This document shows, in pieces, positions 1 through 10,382 of a stretch of 43,893 nt of DNA. The DNA is from Acidimicrobiaceae bacterium (GTDB lineage Bacteria; Actinomycetota; Acidimicrobiia; Acidimicrobiales; RAAP-2), in contig DAHXOA010000035.1 in the NCBI GenBank assembly GCA_027365145.1, positions 1 through 43,893 on the forward strand, written 5' to 3'. A model generated the notes under the pieces. It saw nothing but the letters and a program-made list of their open reading frames with translations. It was not told where the DNA came from and did not search any database. The position numbers and the translations under genes are program-made. Positions within the stretch are counted from its first letter, which is position 1, and every line of letters starts with the position of its first letter.

Positions 1-38
1 CTCTGCCATGCCCGAGCGCGGACGCGCTCTCCGCAACT

Positions 39-209
39 TCAGGTTGCCTTCGTGCCGACTGGTGGGGCAAGAGCAGTGACGATCCATGTCGCCACCACAT
101 CCGGACGCTCCAGGGGGCCGAAGTGACCGAGGCCAGGCAGCGCGGAGATCGAGCAGTCGCCCAGACGGCTGGCGTAGCGCTCGAGGAACTCCGCGCTAGC
201 GCTCCGCAC
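39..209 (-). pseudogene. C-terminal fragment of an alpha/beta-hydrolase-fold protein (probable gene remnant)
   Basis: The minus-frame translation ...AEFLERYASRLGDCSISALPGLGHFGPLERPDVVATWIV... resembles the last ~55 aa of an alpha/beta hydrolase (GH catalytic-His strand plus terminal helix), and GC3 is high. The rest of ORF 39..701 is antisense to the CDF gene, so a full-length hydrolase cannot fit. Confidence 0.3.
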
Positions 210-272
210 GTCCGCCGCCTCTTCCTCCCGGTCCCTGGCACCGGGGCCAGTACACTGGGAAGAGGTGACTCC

Positions 273-1193
273 GTGACCCGAACCCGACGCCTGACCGTTA
301 CCCTGGTTCTCAACCTGGCGTTGGTCGTCGCCCAGGTCGTCTTCGGGGTGGTTGCCCGATCCACGGCGCTGATGTCCGACGCCGGTCACAACCTGACCGA
401 CGTGGCAGCCCTCCTGTTGTCTCTGGTGGCCGTCCGCATGGCGTTGCGCCCGCGCAGCGCCGCCCGCTCCTACGGCAATCACCGGGCCACAATCCTCGCC
501 GCTCTCGCCACTGCCGGGATGATCACAGCCGTAACCGTGGTGATCGTGGTCCTGAGCATCGAGCGGCTCACCCATCCCCAACCGGTCCGTGCCGGGATGG
601 TCATCGTCGTGGCGGCGGTGGCGCTCGTCGTCAATGCCGCCGCCGCGCTTTTCTTGCGCGACCGGTCCATCGACCTGAACATGCGCTCCGGAATGGTCCA
701 CATGGCAGGTGATGCCCTTTCATCGGCCATGGTGCTCGGGTCGGGTGCGGTCGTCGCAGCGTTCCCCGCCGCCACGTGGGTTGACCCCGTCGCGGCGCTG
801 GCCGTGGCGGCGTTGATCGTGGTGCAGGCGGGCGCCATCTTCAAGAGCAGCGTGGCGGTGCTCCTGGAGTCGACGCCACCCGACGTCGACCTCGGTGCGC
901 TCACCCGGGAGATGGCAGGCGTGGGCGGGGTGAGTGAGGTCCACGACCTCCACGTGTGGAGCCTCTCCAGCGAGGTGCGGGTGCTGTCGGCCCACCTCGT
1001 CCTGAGCGGACATCCCACCCTCGAGCAGGCACAGGCCATCGGCGACGTGGTCAAGCACGTTATCGCCCAGCCGTTCGCCATCAGCCACTCGACGCTGGAG
1101 CTTGAGTGCGAACGGTGTGTCGACGGCGAGGACGACCCGTGCCTCATGGACGGCGAGCTACCAGGCCGCGACCCGGCCCACATCCACCACTGA
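273..1193 (+). CDS. cation diffusion facilitator (CDF) family divalent-metal efflux transporter
   Basis: Multiple hydrophobic helices are present, with HxxxD motifs in SDAGHNLTDV and VHMAGDALSS. The cytoplasmic domain carries VHDLHVWSLS and the tail is His-rich (DPAHIHH). The start was moved from ORF-track GTG 123 to in-frame GTG 273, preceded by GGGAAGAGG, giving a typical ~306 aa. Confidence 0.85.
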   Translation: MTRTRRLTVTLVLNLALVVAQVVFGVVARSTALMSDAGHNLTDVAALLLSLVAVRMALRPRSAARSYGNHRATILAALATAGMITAVTVVIVVLSIERLTHPQPVRAGMVIVVAAVALVVNAAAALFLRDRSIDLNMRSGMVHMAGDALSSAMVLGSGAVVAAFPAATWVDPVAALAVAALIVVQAGAIFKSSVAVLLESTPPDVDLGALTREMAGVGGVSEVHDLHVWSLSSEVRVLSAHLVLSGHPTLEQAQAIGDVVKHVIAQPFAISHSTLELECERCVDGEDDPCLMDGELPGRDPAHIHH

Positions 1194-1825
1194 CACGGAC
1201 AACGGCACCCATCGTACCGTCAGAAGCAGAACGAGCTGAGGGCCGACGGCTTCTGTCGGGGGACCGTCGGGGGACCGTCGGGGAGCCGCCGCCACCGGCA
1301 ACCCGGGCGCGGCATGGCCCCGAGCAACCGGGGGGCTCTCACCCCCCGAGCTTCTCGGGGCCACACGCTCAGCACCCGGCGCTCCCGGCGTCGGGTCGTG
1401 TCGGGCGACCCTCCAACCGCGCACACGCCTAGACCCGGGGGTCCACGGCGCGCTGCCGAGTACCTGTCCAGGCCTGCGACGGGCCACCTGCGCCCGAGGA
1501 CGGCGACACGAAGGCCACCTGGTCCTGGTCGCCGACACCGCAGAGCGCCACCGGGCCACGGCCCGAGGGCCGCACCGGGGCGCTCCGAGCCTCCGGCGAC
1601 CCGTGCACACCTGAACTCCCCCAAGCGTGCGCTCAGCCGGTCCCAAGGTCAAGAGGAGCCGCAGTAATCCCGAGGTTGTCCCCAGAGGTTGCCGTTCCGT
1701 CCCCAGGTCGCGCCGGGAAACGGGCAGTTGTCCGCAGTTCGTCCACCGGCTCTCCACCAGCTCTCCACAACGCCGGTCCCTTCCCGCGATCAAGTTCGCC
1801 GTGCATCACGTCGATTCCTCTACCG

Positions 1826-4036
1826 ATGGGCCCCGAGCATGTAGACGAAGAGACGAGCGGTGCCCCGGCCCCGCCGGCCACGTCGGGCCGGGATCTGTCC
1901 AACACCATGTGCGGTGCGCTCCTCAGCCACGTCCGTGACGTCGGCGGCAACGAGGCCATCGGGAAGGTCCTGGCCCGGGCCGGAGAGGAACGACCGGTCG
2001 AGGTGCTCGTCGACCAGGGCGGATGGAGCACGCTCGGCCAGATGAGCCGGCTGTTCTACGCGGCTGGAGACGTCCTCGACGACCCCGACATCGGTCTGCA
2101 CGCTGGCGAGGCACTCCTTCGCTTCGATGCGGCCAGCGAGACCCTCGAGCTCATGCGGTCGCTCGGCTCGCCCCGTGAGCTCTACGCCGTCGTGGCCCAG
2201 ATCTCGAACAAGCAGACCATGATCACCCACAACGAGTTGGTGGACCTCGGTGACGACCGGGCGGTGATCACCTCGGTCGTCCGCCCACCTCACGTCCGGG
2301 AAAAGGTGTTCTGCGACTATAGCGCCGGCGTCTTCTCCCAGTTCCCGGTGGTCTTCGGCTTCCGACCAGCGAGGGTCGTCGAGACGGCCTGCGTCACCCG
2401 AGGCGATCCGGCCTGCGTCTTCGAGATCTCCTGGGACGCCACGTCGGCCACCCAGTTGGACGCCGATGAGAAGATCCGGCTCCTCGAGGAGCAGGTGGCA
2501 GCGTTCTCCCAGCGTTTCGAGGCGTTGGAGGCGATGGCCACGGAGTTGGTCGCCGGCGACGTCGACGAGGTACTGGAGACCATCACCCAGAAGGCGGGGA
2601 TCGCCGTGCGGGCACCGCGACACCTGCTCACCGTCCAGCTTCCAGGTGATCTCGTCCCCCGCGTTCACCACGTCGGATTCGACGATGCGGTGGCAGCCCG
2701 CCTGAGCCGGGAGATACACGCAACGGTGGCGGGGTCACCTGACCCCCCGGACCGGATTGTGGTCGAGGTGGCGTCGCCCCGGTGGCACTACGGCTATCTT
2801 GCCGTCTTCTACTCCGACGGGTACGCGTTCTTCCCCCAAGAACGCCGGCTGCTCGTCGCCTACGCCGGGCACGCCGCGGCCGCGCTCGAGAGTGCGTCGG
2901 CCCTGGCCGAGACGAGAGCCCTGTTGCACCTGACCACCGAGCTATCAGAGACCGAAATGCCCGACGAGATGGCCGAGCGCATTGTCCGGTCTGTTCCCCG
3001 CATGGTCGGGTGCACCGCTGCAGTCGTGCTCCTGTGGGACCCCCGAGCCGGCATCTTGACGCCCTCGGCCCGCTGGGTCAGACCCACCGAGCGCCCCGAT
3101 GTCCGGTCGGCAGTGGCGCCCGACGAGAATCGCCGGCCGGAGGAGACGACTCCCGAGCTGACCGGTTCCGAGCTGACCGGTTCTGGTCAGCTCGGACACA
3201 CCGGCGGGGTGGACGACACGCTCCTCCTCTCCCGCCTGGCGAAGCGTTTCGTGGCAGACCCCACGCCCGTGACCGCGGGCGACGACCCGGAGCTCGCCCC
3301 GATCTGCCACCTCTCCAGCCTCGACCGGCACCACGTCGGCGTCGCCGTCCCCATCGTCGCCCAGGGGGAGTTCTACGGCCTCCTCGTCCTCACGCTCCCC
3401 GATCATGCATTCGAGGGCGGGGACACGGCAGGCAGGATCCACCCCATCCACCGGGTCCAGATCAGGTTGACCGGCGTGGCGAGCCTCGCCGCCACCGCTC
3501 TCCGGGGCGCCCGGCTACTCGGCCAGGTCCGCCACCAGGCCCACCACGACACGCTGACGGGACTGCCTAACGCCCGACTTCTGGAGGACCGCGTGTCGGT
3601 CGCTCTCGCCGTCGCCGAACGGCATCACGGAGCGCTTGCAATCTTCTTCGTCGATCTCGACCGGTTCAAGGCGGTCAACGACTCCCTGGGCCACGCCGCC
3701 GGGGACGCCGTGCTCCGCGAGGTCGCGCTCCGTCTCGAAGGGGCCCTGCGCAAACAGGACACGGTGGCACGGATCGGTGGCGACGAGTTCGCCGTGCTCG
3801 TGACCAACCTGGCCGAGCCTGGCCTTGCCGGGCGACTCGCCGATCGCATCCTGGCGGCGTTGCGCGCCCCGATCACCATCGACGGGAAGACCATGACGGT
3901 GAGCGCCACCATCGGCATCGCCTGCGCACCCAAGAGCGGCACCACCTACGACGCGCTCCTCAGCCACGCCGATGCCGCGATGTACCAAGCAAAGCTGGAG
4001 GGCCGCGATCGCCGTGTCACCTACGCCGGGCCATAA
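1826..4036 (+). CDS. sensor diguanylate cyclase (N-terminal sensory region, GAF-like middle, C-terminal GGDEF domain)
   Basis: The C-terminus reads DTLTGLPNARLL...FFVDLDRFKAVNDSLGHAAGD...RIGGDEFAVL, with an RKQD (RxxD I-site) five residues before GGDEF. The first ATG with coding-like sequence is at 1826. The ORF-track start at 1676 lies in low-complexity sequence. Confidence 0.85.
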   Translation: MGPEHVDEETSGAPAPPATSGRDLSNTMCGALLSHVRDVGGNEAIGKVLARAGEERPVEVLVDQGGWSTLGQMSRLFYAAGDVLDDPDIGLHAGEALLRFDAASETLELMRSLGSPRELYAVVAQISNKQTMITHNELVDLGDDRAVITSVVRPPHVREKVFCDYSAGVFSQFPVVFGFRPARVVETACVTRGDPACVFEISWDATSATQLDADEKIRLLEEQVAAFSQRFEALEAMATELVAGDVDEVLETITQKAGIAVRAPRHLLTVQLPGDLVPRVHHVGFDDAVAARLSREIHATVAGSPDPPDRIVVEVASPRWHYGYLAVFYSDGYAFFPQERRLLVAYAGHAAAALESASALAETRALLHLTTELSETEMPDEMAERIVRSVPRMVGCTAAVVLLWDPRAGILTPSARWVRPTERPDVRSAVAPDENRRPEETTPELTGSELTGSGQLGHTGGVDDTLLLSRLAKRFVADPTPVTAGDDPELAPICHLSSLDRHHVGVAVPIVAQGEFYGLLVLTLPDHAFEGGDTAGRIHPIHRVQIRLTGVASLAATALRGARLLGQVRHQAHHDTLTGLPNARLLEDRVSVALAVAERHHGALAIFFVDLDRFKAVNDSLGHAAGDAVLREVALRLEGALRKQDTVARIGGDEFAVLVTNLAEPGLAGRLADRILAALRAPITIDGKTMTVSATIGIACAPKSGTTYDALLSHADAAMYQAKLEGRDRRVTYAGP

Positions 4037-4058
4037 TGCCGACCGTTCCGGCCTTGGG

Positions 4059-5594
4059 CTATTCGCGCGCCAGGCGTTCGAGCTCGGCGACGACACCCTT
4101 CCCGTTGGCCTGGCCACGTGTGGCCTTCATCACCTGGCCGACGAAGAACTGAGCCAGCTTCTCCTCACCGTCCCGGTAGCGGACCCATTCGGCGGGATGA
4201 GCGTCTACGGCCTCGCGCACCACTGTCACGAGTGCCGCGTCCGCCATCGCCTCGAAGCCACGTGCCCGGGCGAGCTCGACGGGATCTCCCCCACCGTGGG
4301 CGAGGAGGTCGGACAGGATCGCTTTCACCTGGGTGGCACTGAGCGTGCCCGCCACCTCCATACCTAGCAGTGTCGTGTACGCACCGGGATCGAGACTGGC
4401 CGCCGCACCGGCGTCGGTCGCCGCCTCGTTGGCCGTCCGGGCCAGGGCCAGGCGGGCCGGTACGCCACCCGCCACTGCCGCCACGACCAGCCCGTCGAGG
4501 CCCAGGTCGACGACCGTCAAGATCTGCTCGCGCTCGGCATCGCTCACGCCCGGGGATCCCTCCGCGTCCACCCCGACGTCAGGATCGGGAAACCCTTCGC
4601 CGACGGCAGGCACCGCGCCGGCGAGCAGGGCTACCAGCCGGGCTCGGCGCTCGGCCGGCAGCGGACCCAGGGCGGCGCCGACGGCGGTGATCCAGGCCGG
4701 ATCGGGCACGACGGGGACGAGGTCAGGCTCGAGGAAGTACCGGTAATCGTAGGCCTCCTCCTTCGAGCGGAGAGCGACCGTTCGACCCTCACCCTCGTCC
4801 CAGTGCCGGGTCTGTTGGACCACCGCATCACCCGATTCGAGCAGTGCGATCTGGCGTTGGGCCTCGTAGTCCACCGCCCGTCCAAGGGAGCGCAGCGAGT
4901 TCAGGTTCTTGATCTCACAGCGGGTACCGAAGGGAGCGCCGGGCCCCGGGCGCACCGAGACGTTGGCGTCCACCCGCATCGAGCCCTCCTCCATCTTCCC
5001 GTCGGAGGCGCCGCACGCTATGAGGATGGCCCGCAGCTCGGTGGCGTAGGCACGGGCCTCCGTCGACGAGCGCATGTCCGGGGCGCTCACGATCTCGACG
5101 AGCGGCACCCCGGACCGGTTGTAGTCGACCAGGGAGTACTCGGCACCTTGGATCCGCCCCGATGATCCGGCGTGCGCCGTCTTGCCAGTGTCCTCCTCCA
5201 GGTGCGCCCGCTCGATCCCGATCCGCCGACCACCGGGGAGCTGGAGCCAGCCCGAGACGTTGATCGGCTCGTCGTACTGGCTGATCTGGTAGTCCTTCGG
5301 CATGTCCGGGTAGAAGTAGTTCTTCCGGTGGAACGTCGACGGCCGGATCTCGCAGTGCAGGGCGGTGCCGATAGCCATCGCCAGCTCGACCGCCCGCTGG
5401 TTCAGGACCGGGAGCGAGCCCGGTAGGCCCAGGCACACCGGGCACACGTGGGTGTTCGGCTCGTCACCAAAAAGGTTGGCACACCCGCAGAAGAGCTTCG
5501 TCGCCGTTCTCAGCTCGGTGTGCACCTCGAGCCCGACGACCATCTCCCAGGCGCCACCGGCATCCTCCGGGACGACCCGTCCGACGTCGGTCAT
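4059..5594 (-). CDS. gatB: Asp-tRNA(Asn)/Glu-tRNA(Gln) amidotransferase subunit B
   Basis: [65 protein letters not shown]... is a canonical GatB N-terminus. The ATG at 5594 overlaps the gatA stop (ATGA). The upstream 400 aa of the 911-aa ORF are an alternative frame of gatA. Confidence 0.95.
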   Translation of the reverse strand: MTDVGRVVPEDAGGAWEMVVGLEVHTELRTATKLFCGCANLFGDEPNTHVCPVCLGLPGSLPVLNQRAVELAMAIGTALHCEIRPSTFHRKNYFYPDMPKDYQISQYDEPINVSGWLQLPGGRRIGIERAHLEEDTGKTAHAGSSGRIQGAEYSLVDYNRSGVPLVEIVSAPDMRSSTEARAYATELRAILIACGASDGKMEEGSMRVDANVSVRPGPGAPFGTRCEIKNLNSLRSLGRAVDYEAQRQIALLESGDAVVQQTRHWDEGEGRTVALRSKEEAYDYRYFLEPDLVPVVPDPAWITAVGAALGPLPAERRARLVALLAGAVPAVGEGFPDPDVGVDAEGSPGVSDAEREQILTVVDLGLDGLVVAAVAGGVPARLALARTANEAATDAGAAASLDPGAYTTLLGMEVAGTLSATQVKAILSDLLAHGGGDPVELARARGFEAMADAALVTVVREAVDAHPAEWVRYRDGEEKLAQFFVGQVMKATRGQANGKGVVAELERLARE

Positions 5595-7060
5595 GATCCG
5601 GCACCGACTGCGGGAGCTCCCGCCTCGAGGACGGCAGCAACCTTGAACATGGTGGCCTCCGCCAGCGCCGGGGCCAGCACCTGGGCGCCCACCGGGAGTC
5701 CGTCCGCGCCGGTGCCGAACGGGACGCTGATGGCCGGATGCCCGGCCAGGTTGGTCGGGATCGTGCAGACGTCCGACAGGTACATCGAGAGCGGATCGTC
5801 CAGCTTGGCCCCTAACGCGAAGGCGGTGGTGGGAGCGGTCGGGCCCAGCAAAGCGTCGCATCGCTCGTAGGCGGCGGCGAAGCCGTCGATGATCCTGGTG
5901 CGAACCCTGAGAGCCTGGCCGTAGTAGGCATCCACGTACCCGGCCGACAGGGCGTAGGTGCCGAGCATGATCCGGCGCTTCACTTCGGCGCCGAACCCGG
6001 CAGATCGGGTGGCCACGTTCATCGCCGCCGTGTCCTCGGCGTCGACGCGCAACCCGTAGCGGACCCCGTCGTACCGGGCGAGGGTCGACGACGCCTCGGC
6101 CGGCGCGATGAGGTAGTACGCCGACAGGCCGAGGCGCACCTCGGGAACCGACACCTCCTCCACGCGGGCGCCCGCCGCGGCAAGAACCTCGGCGGCCTGG
6201 GCGATCCGACCGGCCACCGCTGGGTCCGCCCCCTCCAAATACTCGGCCAGGACCCCGATGGTCATGCCTTCGACACCCTGGCCCACCACCGAGGCCAGCC
6301 TCGGAGCCGGACGGTCGAGCGAGGTGGTGTCGCGTTCGTCCCGCCCCCCGATGACGTCGAACAGGAGCGCGGCGTCCGCCACCGTGGTGGCGAGGGGTCC
6401 GACCTGGTCGAGGGAGCTGGCGAACGCCACGAGCCCGTAGCGGGAGACGGTGCCGTAGGTCGGCTTCATCCCGACCACGCCGCACAGGGCAGCTGGCTGA
6501 CGGATCGACCCGCCGGTGTCCGAACCGAGGGCGACCGGCGTGAACCCGGCCGCCACAGCGGCAGCCGACCCTCCGGACGACCCACCGGGTACCCGGCTGG
6601 TGTCCCGGGGGTTGCGCGTCGGACCGAAGGCGGACGTCTCCGTCGACGAGCCCATGGCGAACTCGTCCATGTTCGACTTCCCCACCACCACCGCCCCGGC
6701 GGCAGCGAGGCGCTTGACGACCGTGGCGTCGTAGGGGGGAAGCCATCCCTCGAGGATCCGGGAGCAGCACGTCGTGGGCACACCCCGTGTGCACAGGTTG
6801 TCCTTCAACGCCACCGGCACCCCGGCCAGCGGTCCGGGGTCTTGCCCTGCCGCCACCTGGGCGTCGATCTCCTCCGCCCGACGCCTGGCGCCGTCGGCCA
6901 ACACCAGTGCGAAGGCGTGGATCTCTCCCTCCCCGGCGGCGATGGCGGCCAGGGATGCCTCGGTCACCGTCGCCGCCCGCCGCTCACCTGACCGGACGGC
7001 AGCGGCGATGGCAGCGGCGGTCACCGTCGGGCCTGGATCCGGTCCGGAGGCTCCGGTCAC
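5591..7060 (-). CDS. gatA: Asp-tRNA(Asn)/Glu-tRNA(Gln) amidotransferase subunit A (amidase signature)
   Basis: [29 protein letters not shown]..., [14 protein letters not shown] and [13 protein letters not shown] are amidase-signature motifs. The GTG start overlaps the gatC stop (GTGA). Confidence 0.95.
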   Translation of the reverse strand: MTGASGPDPGPTVTAAAIAAAVRSGERRAATVTEASLAAIAAGEGEIHAFALVLADGARRRAEEIDAQVAAGQDPGPLAGVPVALKDNLCTRGVPTTCCSRILEGWLPPYDATVVKRLAAAGAVVVGKSNMDEFAMGSSTETSAFGPTRNPRDTSRVPGGSSGGSAAAVAAGFTPVALGSDTGGSIRQPAALCGVVGMKPTYGTVSRYGLVAFASSLDQVGPLATTVADAALLFDVIGGRDERDTTSLDRPAPRLASVVGQGVEGMTIGVLAEYLEGADPAVAGRIAQAAEVLAAAGARVEEVSVPEVRLGLSAYYLIAPAEASSTLARYDGVRYGLRVDAEDTAAMNVATRSAGFGAEVKRRIMLGTYALSAGYVDAYYGQALRVRTRIIDGFAAAYERCDALLGPTAPTTAFALGAKLDDPLSMYLSDVCTIPTNLAGHPAISVPFGTGADGLPVGAQVLAPALAEATMFKVAAVLEAGAPAVGAGS

Positions 7061-7356
7061 GGTGCGTCGCCGAGGATCCGGGGGACCCGGAAGCGGTTGG
7101 CCTCCACGGCCGGCGCCGACCGGAGGACCTCCTCCCGGTCGAGAGACGGCCGCGGCTCGTCGGGACGCAAGACGTTGGTCACGGCCATGGCGTGGGCCGT
7201 CCGGGGCACGCCGGCCAGGTCGAGAGAGGCGACGTCGGCGGCGTGGTCAAGCACGGTGCCGAGCTGCTCGGTGAACCGCTCCAGCTCGTCGTCGGTGAGG
7301 CGGAGCCGGGCGAGACCGGCGACGTGGGCGACCTCATCCCTGGTGATCCGGGCCAT
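7057..7356 (-). CDS. gatC: Asp-tRNA(Asn)/Glu-tRNA(Gln) amidotransferase subunit C
   Basis: The 99-aa product [39 protein letters not shown]...NRFRVPRIL is a typical GatC. The ATG is at 7356. The longer 291-aa ORF is read-through into the esterase gene in another frame. Confidence 0.93.
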   Translation of the reverse strand: MARITRDEVAHVAGLARLRLTDDELERFTEQLGTVLDHAADVASLDLAGVPRTAHAMAVTNVLRPDEPRPSLDREEVLRSAPAVEANRFRVPRILGDAP

Positions 7357-7361
7357 CCCGG

Positions 7362-8159
7362 TCACCGGGCGCCGGACGCCGGTCCAAGGACACGGGCGGC
7401 GAACGCCACCACCTGGGCCGTTACCACTTCGGCATCCCAGTCGAGCGTGGCGACGTGGTAGCTCCGCTCCAACCAGACCCGCTCGATCGGACCACCCACC
7501 GCTCGCTCCAAGAGATCGCCCGATGGCGGCGCGACAACGTGGTCCTCCCTGGAGTTCAAGAGGAGGACGGGACAGCGGATCTCGGCGACGCGCGCCGCCA
7601 CCTCGTCCGCCGCGTCGAACAGAGACAGGACAGCACGGAGCGGGGACCCGGCATAGGCCGACTCCACCGCCCCCTCCTTTGCGATGTCCGAGCCGATGCC
7701 GGGGGCAACCTCGGTGCCGGAGTCGAGCAACTGGGTGACGGCGTCCCGGAACGCCTGGTCCGGCGGCTCGACCAGCGGGTTCACGAGCGCCAGGCCGGCG
7801 ATCTCCGGGTGCTCGATTGCCAGTCGGCAGCTCAGCGTCCCGCCCATCGAGAGTCCGGCGACGACCACCCCATCGCACCGGGCGGCCAGGTCCCGGTAGG
7901 CACCGTCCGCCGCGCCCCACCAGTCGGACCACCGGGTGGGCACCATGTCCTCGATCGCCGTGCCGTGCCCGGGGAGCAACGGCATCTCCACGGTGTAGCC
8001 GGCGTCGGCCAGGGCGGTGGCCAACGGGCGCATCGACTGGGGGTTGCCGGTGAACCCGTGGAGCACGAGGGCTCCTTCGGGTCCGCCGTCGACCGCGAGG
8101 GGCTCTGCACCGGGGAGCACGGGAGACGTCACGACGGGCATGCTAGCGGGAGCAGCCAC
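7362..8159 (-). CDS. alpha/beta hydrolase (carboxylesterase / lysophospholipase-like)
   Basis: ALVLHGFTGNPQSMRPLA resembles an oxyanion region, and GLSMGG is the nucleophile elbow. It lies 5 bp upstream of gatC on the same strand. The start is either GTG 8159 or ATG 8141. Confidence 0.85.
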   Translation of the reverse strand: MAAPASMPVVTSPVLPGAEPLAVDGGPEGALVLHGFTGNPQSMRPLATALADAGYTVEMPLLPGHGTAIEDMVPTRWSDWWGAADGAYRDLAARCDGVVVAGLSMGGTLSCRLAIEHPEIAGLALVNPLVEPPDQAFRDAVTQLLDSGTEVAPGIGSDIAKEGAVESAYAGSPLRAVLSLFDAADEVAARVAEIRCPVLLLNSREDHVVAPPSGDLLERAVGGPIERVWLERSYHVATLDWDAEVVTAQVVAFAARVLGPASGAR

Positions 8160-8245
8160 GGTAGGGTTACCGGCGCATGAGCCCGAGCGCCGGTAACCGC
8201 ACCGTGTCGCCTCCGCCGAAGTCGAAGTCGAAGGAGACTGTCACC

Positions 8246-8665
8246 ATGGCCACCTATCCATTCCTGAGCGACGCGTGGCTCGCAGAGGCGCGGGCCATCC
8301 GGGCAGAGCTCGACAACCAGGCCCCGTCTGCCACCCAACCGGTCACCCAACCGGTCCGCATCAACCTGGTCGTCACCGACGTCCCCTTCGACGAGGACAC
8401 CGTCCACGCCCACCTCGATACTTCGTCGGGTGAGCTCCACCTCGACGTCGGGCACATCGACCCGGTGGACCTCACCGTGACGCTCGGCTACGACGTTGCC
8501 CGGGCAATCCTCGTGGAGGGCAACCCCCAGGCCGCCATGCAGGCCTTCATGGCCGGGAAGATCCGCGTGGACGGGGACATCGCGAAGCTCATGGTCCTCC
8601 AGGCCAGCACGCCGGCACCGACGGCCGCGGAAGCGGCGGCCCGCATCCGCTCCATCACCGAGTAG
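8246..8665 (+). CDS. SCP2 sterol/lipid-carrier domain protein
   Basis: MATYPFLSDAWLAEARAI...VRINLVVTD...DVARAILVEGNPQAAMQAFMAGKIRVDGDIAKLMVLQ shows the SCP2 C-terminal pattern. The ATG at 8246 is preceded by AAGGAG at 8231-8236. Confidence 0.8.
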   Translation: MATYPFLSDAWLAEARAIRAELDNQAPSATQPVTQPVRINLVVTDVPFDEDTVHAHLDTSSGELHLDVGHIDPVDLTVTLGYDVARAILVEGNPQAAMQAFMAGKIRVDGDIAKLMVLQASTPAPTAAEAAARIRSITE

Positions 8666-8705
8666 GGCGGCAGAGCGACCCGGCAGGCACCCACCCCGAC
8701 CCAGG

Positions 8706-9584
8706 TCATCCCCCGAGCCGGTGCATCTCGGCCTGGAGCTCGGCGACAGTCCAGCGATCGTCCTTCTCCAGCGTGTCGGTCATCGTCCACGGTTGGAACA
8801 GCCGGATCTGGCCACCCTGGATGAAGTAGACCTTCCCCGTGGCCGGGCATCCCTCGGTCGCCAGGTAGGCGACCAGGGGGGAGACGTTGGCCGGATCCCA
8901 GCTGTCGAAGACCGAGGCGTCGGCCGGCGCGGACACGATGTCGGAAAGCCCTGGCGTCTGCTCGGTCATCCGGGTCCGCGCCGCCGGAGCGATGGCGTTC
9001 ACCCGTACCCCGTAACGCACGAGCTCGTCGGCCGCGATGGTGGTGAACGCCGCGATCCCTGCCTTCGCCGCCCCATAGTTGCTCTGCCCAGGATTGCCGA
9101 GGAGCCCCGAGGTGGACGAGGTGTTGACGACCGAGGCATGCACCTCCCTGCCTGCTTTCGTCTGCTCCCGCCAGTAGGCAGCCGCGTGGCGGGTCGGCAC
9201 GAAATGACCCTTCAGGTGAACCTTGATCACGGAGTCCCAGTCCTCTTCGGAGAGGTTCACGAGCACCCGGTCCCGAAGGATCCCGGCGTTGTTGACGAGG
9301 ACGTGGAGGTCCCCGAAGGTCTCGACGGCCAGGTCGACCAGCCGCTTCCCACCATCCCAGCTGGTGATGTCGTCCGTGCTGGCGACCGCCTCCCCGCCGG
9401 ATGCCACGATCTCGTCGACGACCTGGGCTGCCGGGGACCGGTCATCCCCCGATCCGTCGATGGCGCCACCGAGGTCGTTCACGACCACCCTGGCTCCCTC
9501 GGCGGCGAACAGCAGGGCATGTTCCCGGCCGATCCCCCTCCCGGCCCCGGTGATGATCGCGACCCGTCCGTCCAGTGCACCCAT
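8706..9584 (-). CDS. SDR family oxidoreductase (MFE-2 / 3-hydroxyacyl-CoA dehydrogenase-like subgroup)
   Basis: It has a TGAGRGIG Rossmann motif, NNAG, and the catalytic S...YGAAK. The ATG at 9584 gives MGALDGRVAIITGAGRGIGREHALLFA... Confidence 0.88.
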   Translation of the reverse strand: MGALDGRVAIITGAGRGIGREHALLFAAEGARVVVNDLGGAIDGSGDDRSPAAQVVDEIVASGGEAVASTDDITSWDGGKRLVDLAVETFGDLHVLVNNAGILRDRVLVNLSEEDWDSVIKVHLKGHFVPTRHAAAYWREQTKAGREVHASVVNTSSTSGLLGNPGQSNYGAAKAGIAAFTTIAADELVRYGVRVNAIAPAARTRMTEQTPGLSDIVSAPADASVFDSWDPANVSPLVAYLATEGCPATGKVYFIQGGQIRLFQPWTMTDTLEKDDRWTVAELQAEMHRLGG

Positions 9585-9768
9585 CTCCACCCTCCTTGCG
9601 CTCGTACCCGCCGACGGACGACAGTCCCGGCGCCGACGGGCGGACCCGGTGGACGCCACAGCAGGGCGTCGCGCCGAACGGGGTCGACATCCACCCTGTC
9701 AGGACACGGCGGCGGCGGTCAAACCTGCGTCCCGCTCCGAACAGGACTGGGGCCAGTTCGCGCCGAGC

Positions 9769-10278
9769 TCAGTGCGCGTCGACGAGCTCGTCGATCGCGT
9801 CCAGCTCGACGCGAGGACGTACGTGGAAGATCCGGTTGTAGAGGAGGAACTTCAGCCCCCAGAACACGGCGAACGACACGATGTTCGCGCCGAGCACCAA
9901 CACTGTCTGCACCCCGTGACCGAGCTGGTAGGTGTCGCTCAGGTGACGAGCGATGGTGGCCCCGCCGATCGAGACGGTGATCCCCATCGCCGCCATCGTC
10001 CAGAACGGCAGGATCTCCTTGGTCAGGTGGGAGCGGCCCCCCTTCCCCCACACCCACCGGCGATGGAGGTGGTACGAGGGGACGGTGGCGATGCCGTTGG
10101 CCACGACCGTGCTGACCACCTGCCCCCACAACCGGAACACCCCGAAGATGAGAAGCAGGCCAAGGAACGAGACCGCCGTCGACGTCACTGACACAAGGGT
10201 GTACTTCACGAGGCGCTTGACCTGTGGGGTGTCCCGTTGCTCCCAGAGGACCGCCAGCCGGTCGAGGATCGTGCTCAC
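9769..10278 (-). CDS. GtrA-family membrane protein (polyisoprenol-linked sugar translocation-like)
   Basis: The 169-aa product has four hydrophobic helices. KRLVKYTLVSVTSTAVSFLGL and SYHLHRRWVW(G) match the GtrA pattern. The start is a GTG. Confidence 0.75.
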   Translation of the reverse strand: MSTILDRLAVLWEQRDTPQVKRLVKYTLVSVTSTAVSFLGLLLIFGVFRLWGQVVSTVVANGIATVPSYHLHRRWVWGKGGRSHLTKEILPFWTMAAMGITVSIGGATIARHLSDTYQLGHGVQTVLVLGANIVSFAVFWGLKFLLYNRIFHVRPRVELDAIDELVDAH

Positions 10279-10382
10279 GGTCGCCCATCCTAGTTGTAAT
10301 GATTCCGTAACAGGGAGTCGCCGTGCCGATACCCTCGCGGTGGCGGCAAGACTCCGCCACTCCGGTCATCACCGTCCGGTCA

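Noticed and set aside
4059-6794. 911-aa ORF on the minus strand
   Set aside because: Only the C-terminal 511 aa (from ATG 5594) are GatB. The N-terminal 400 aa are an Arg/Gly/Pro-rich alternative frame running through gatA. The same read-through artefact affects 7057..7932 (gatC), 13619..16408 (ligA), 35780..37717 (ADH), 36840..38078 (mftA) and 19231..21588 (MMPL).
8706-9584. SDR as a mycofactocin-coupled SDR
   Set aside because: It lies 26 kb from the mft genes. Its glycine motif (TGAGRGIG) and overall pattern look like the MFE-2/hydroxyacyl-CoA dehydrogenase subgroup, not the mycofactocin-associated SDR subfamily as I recall it.
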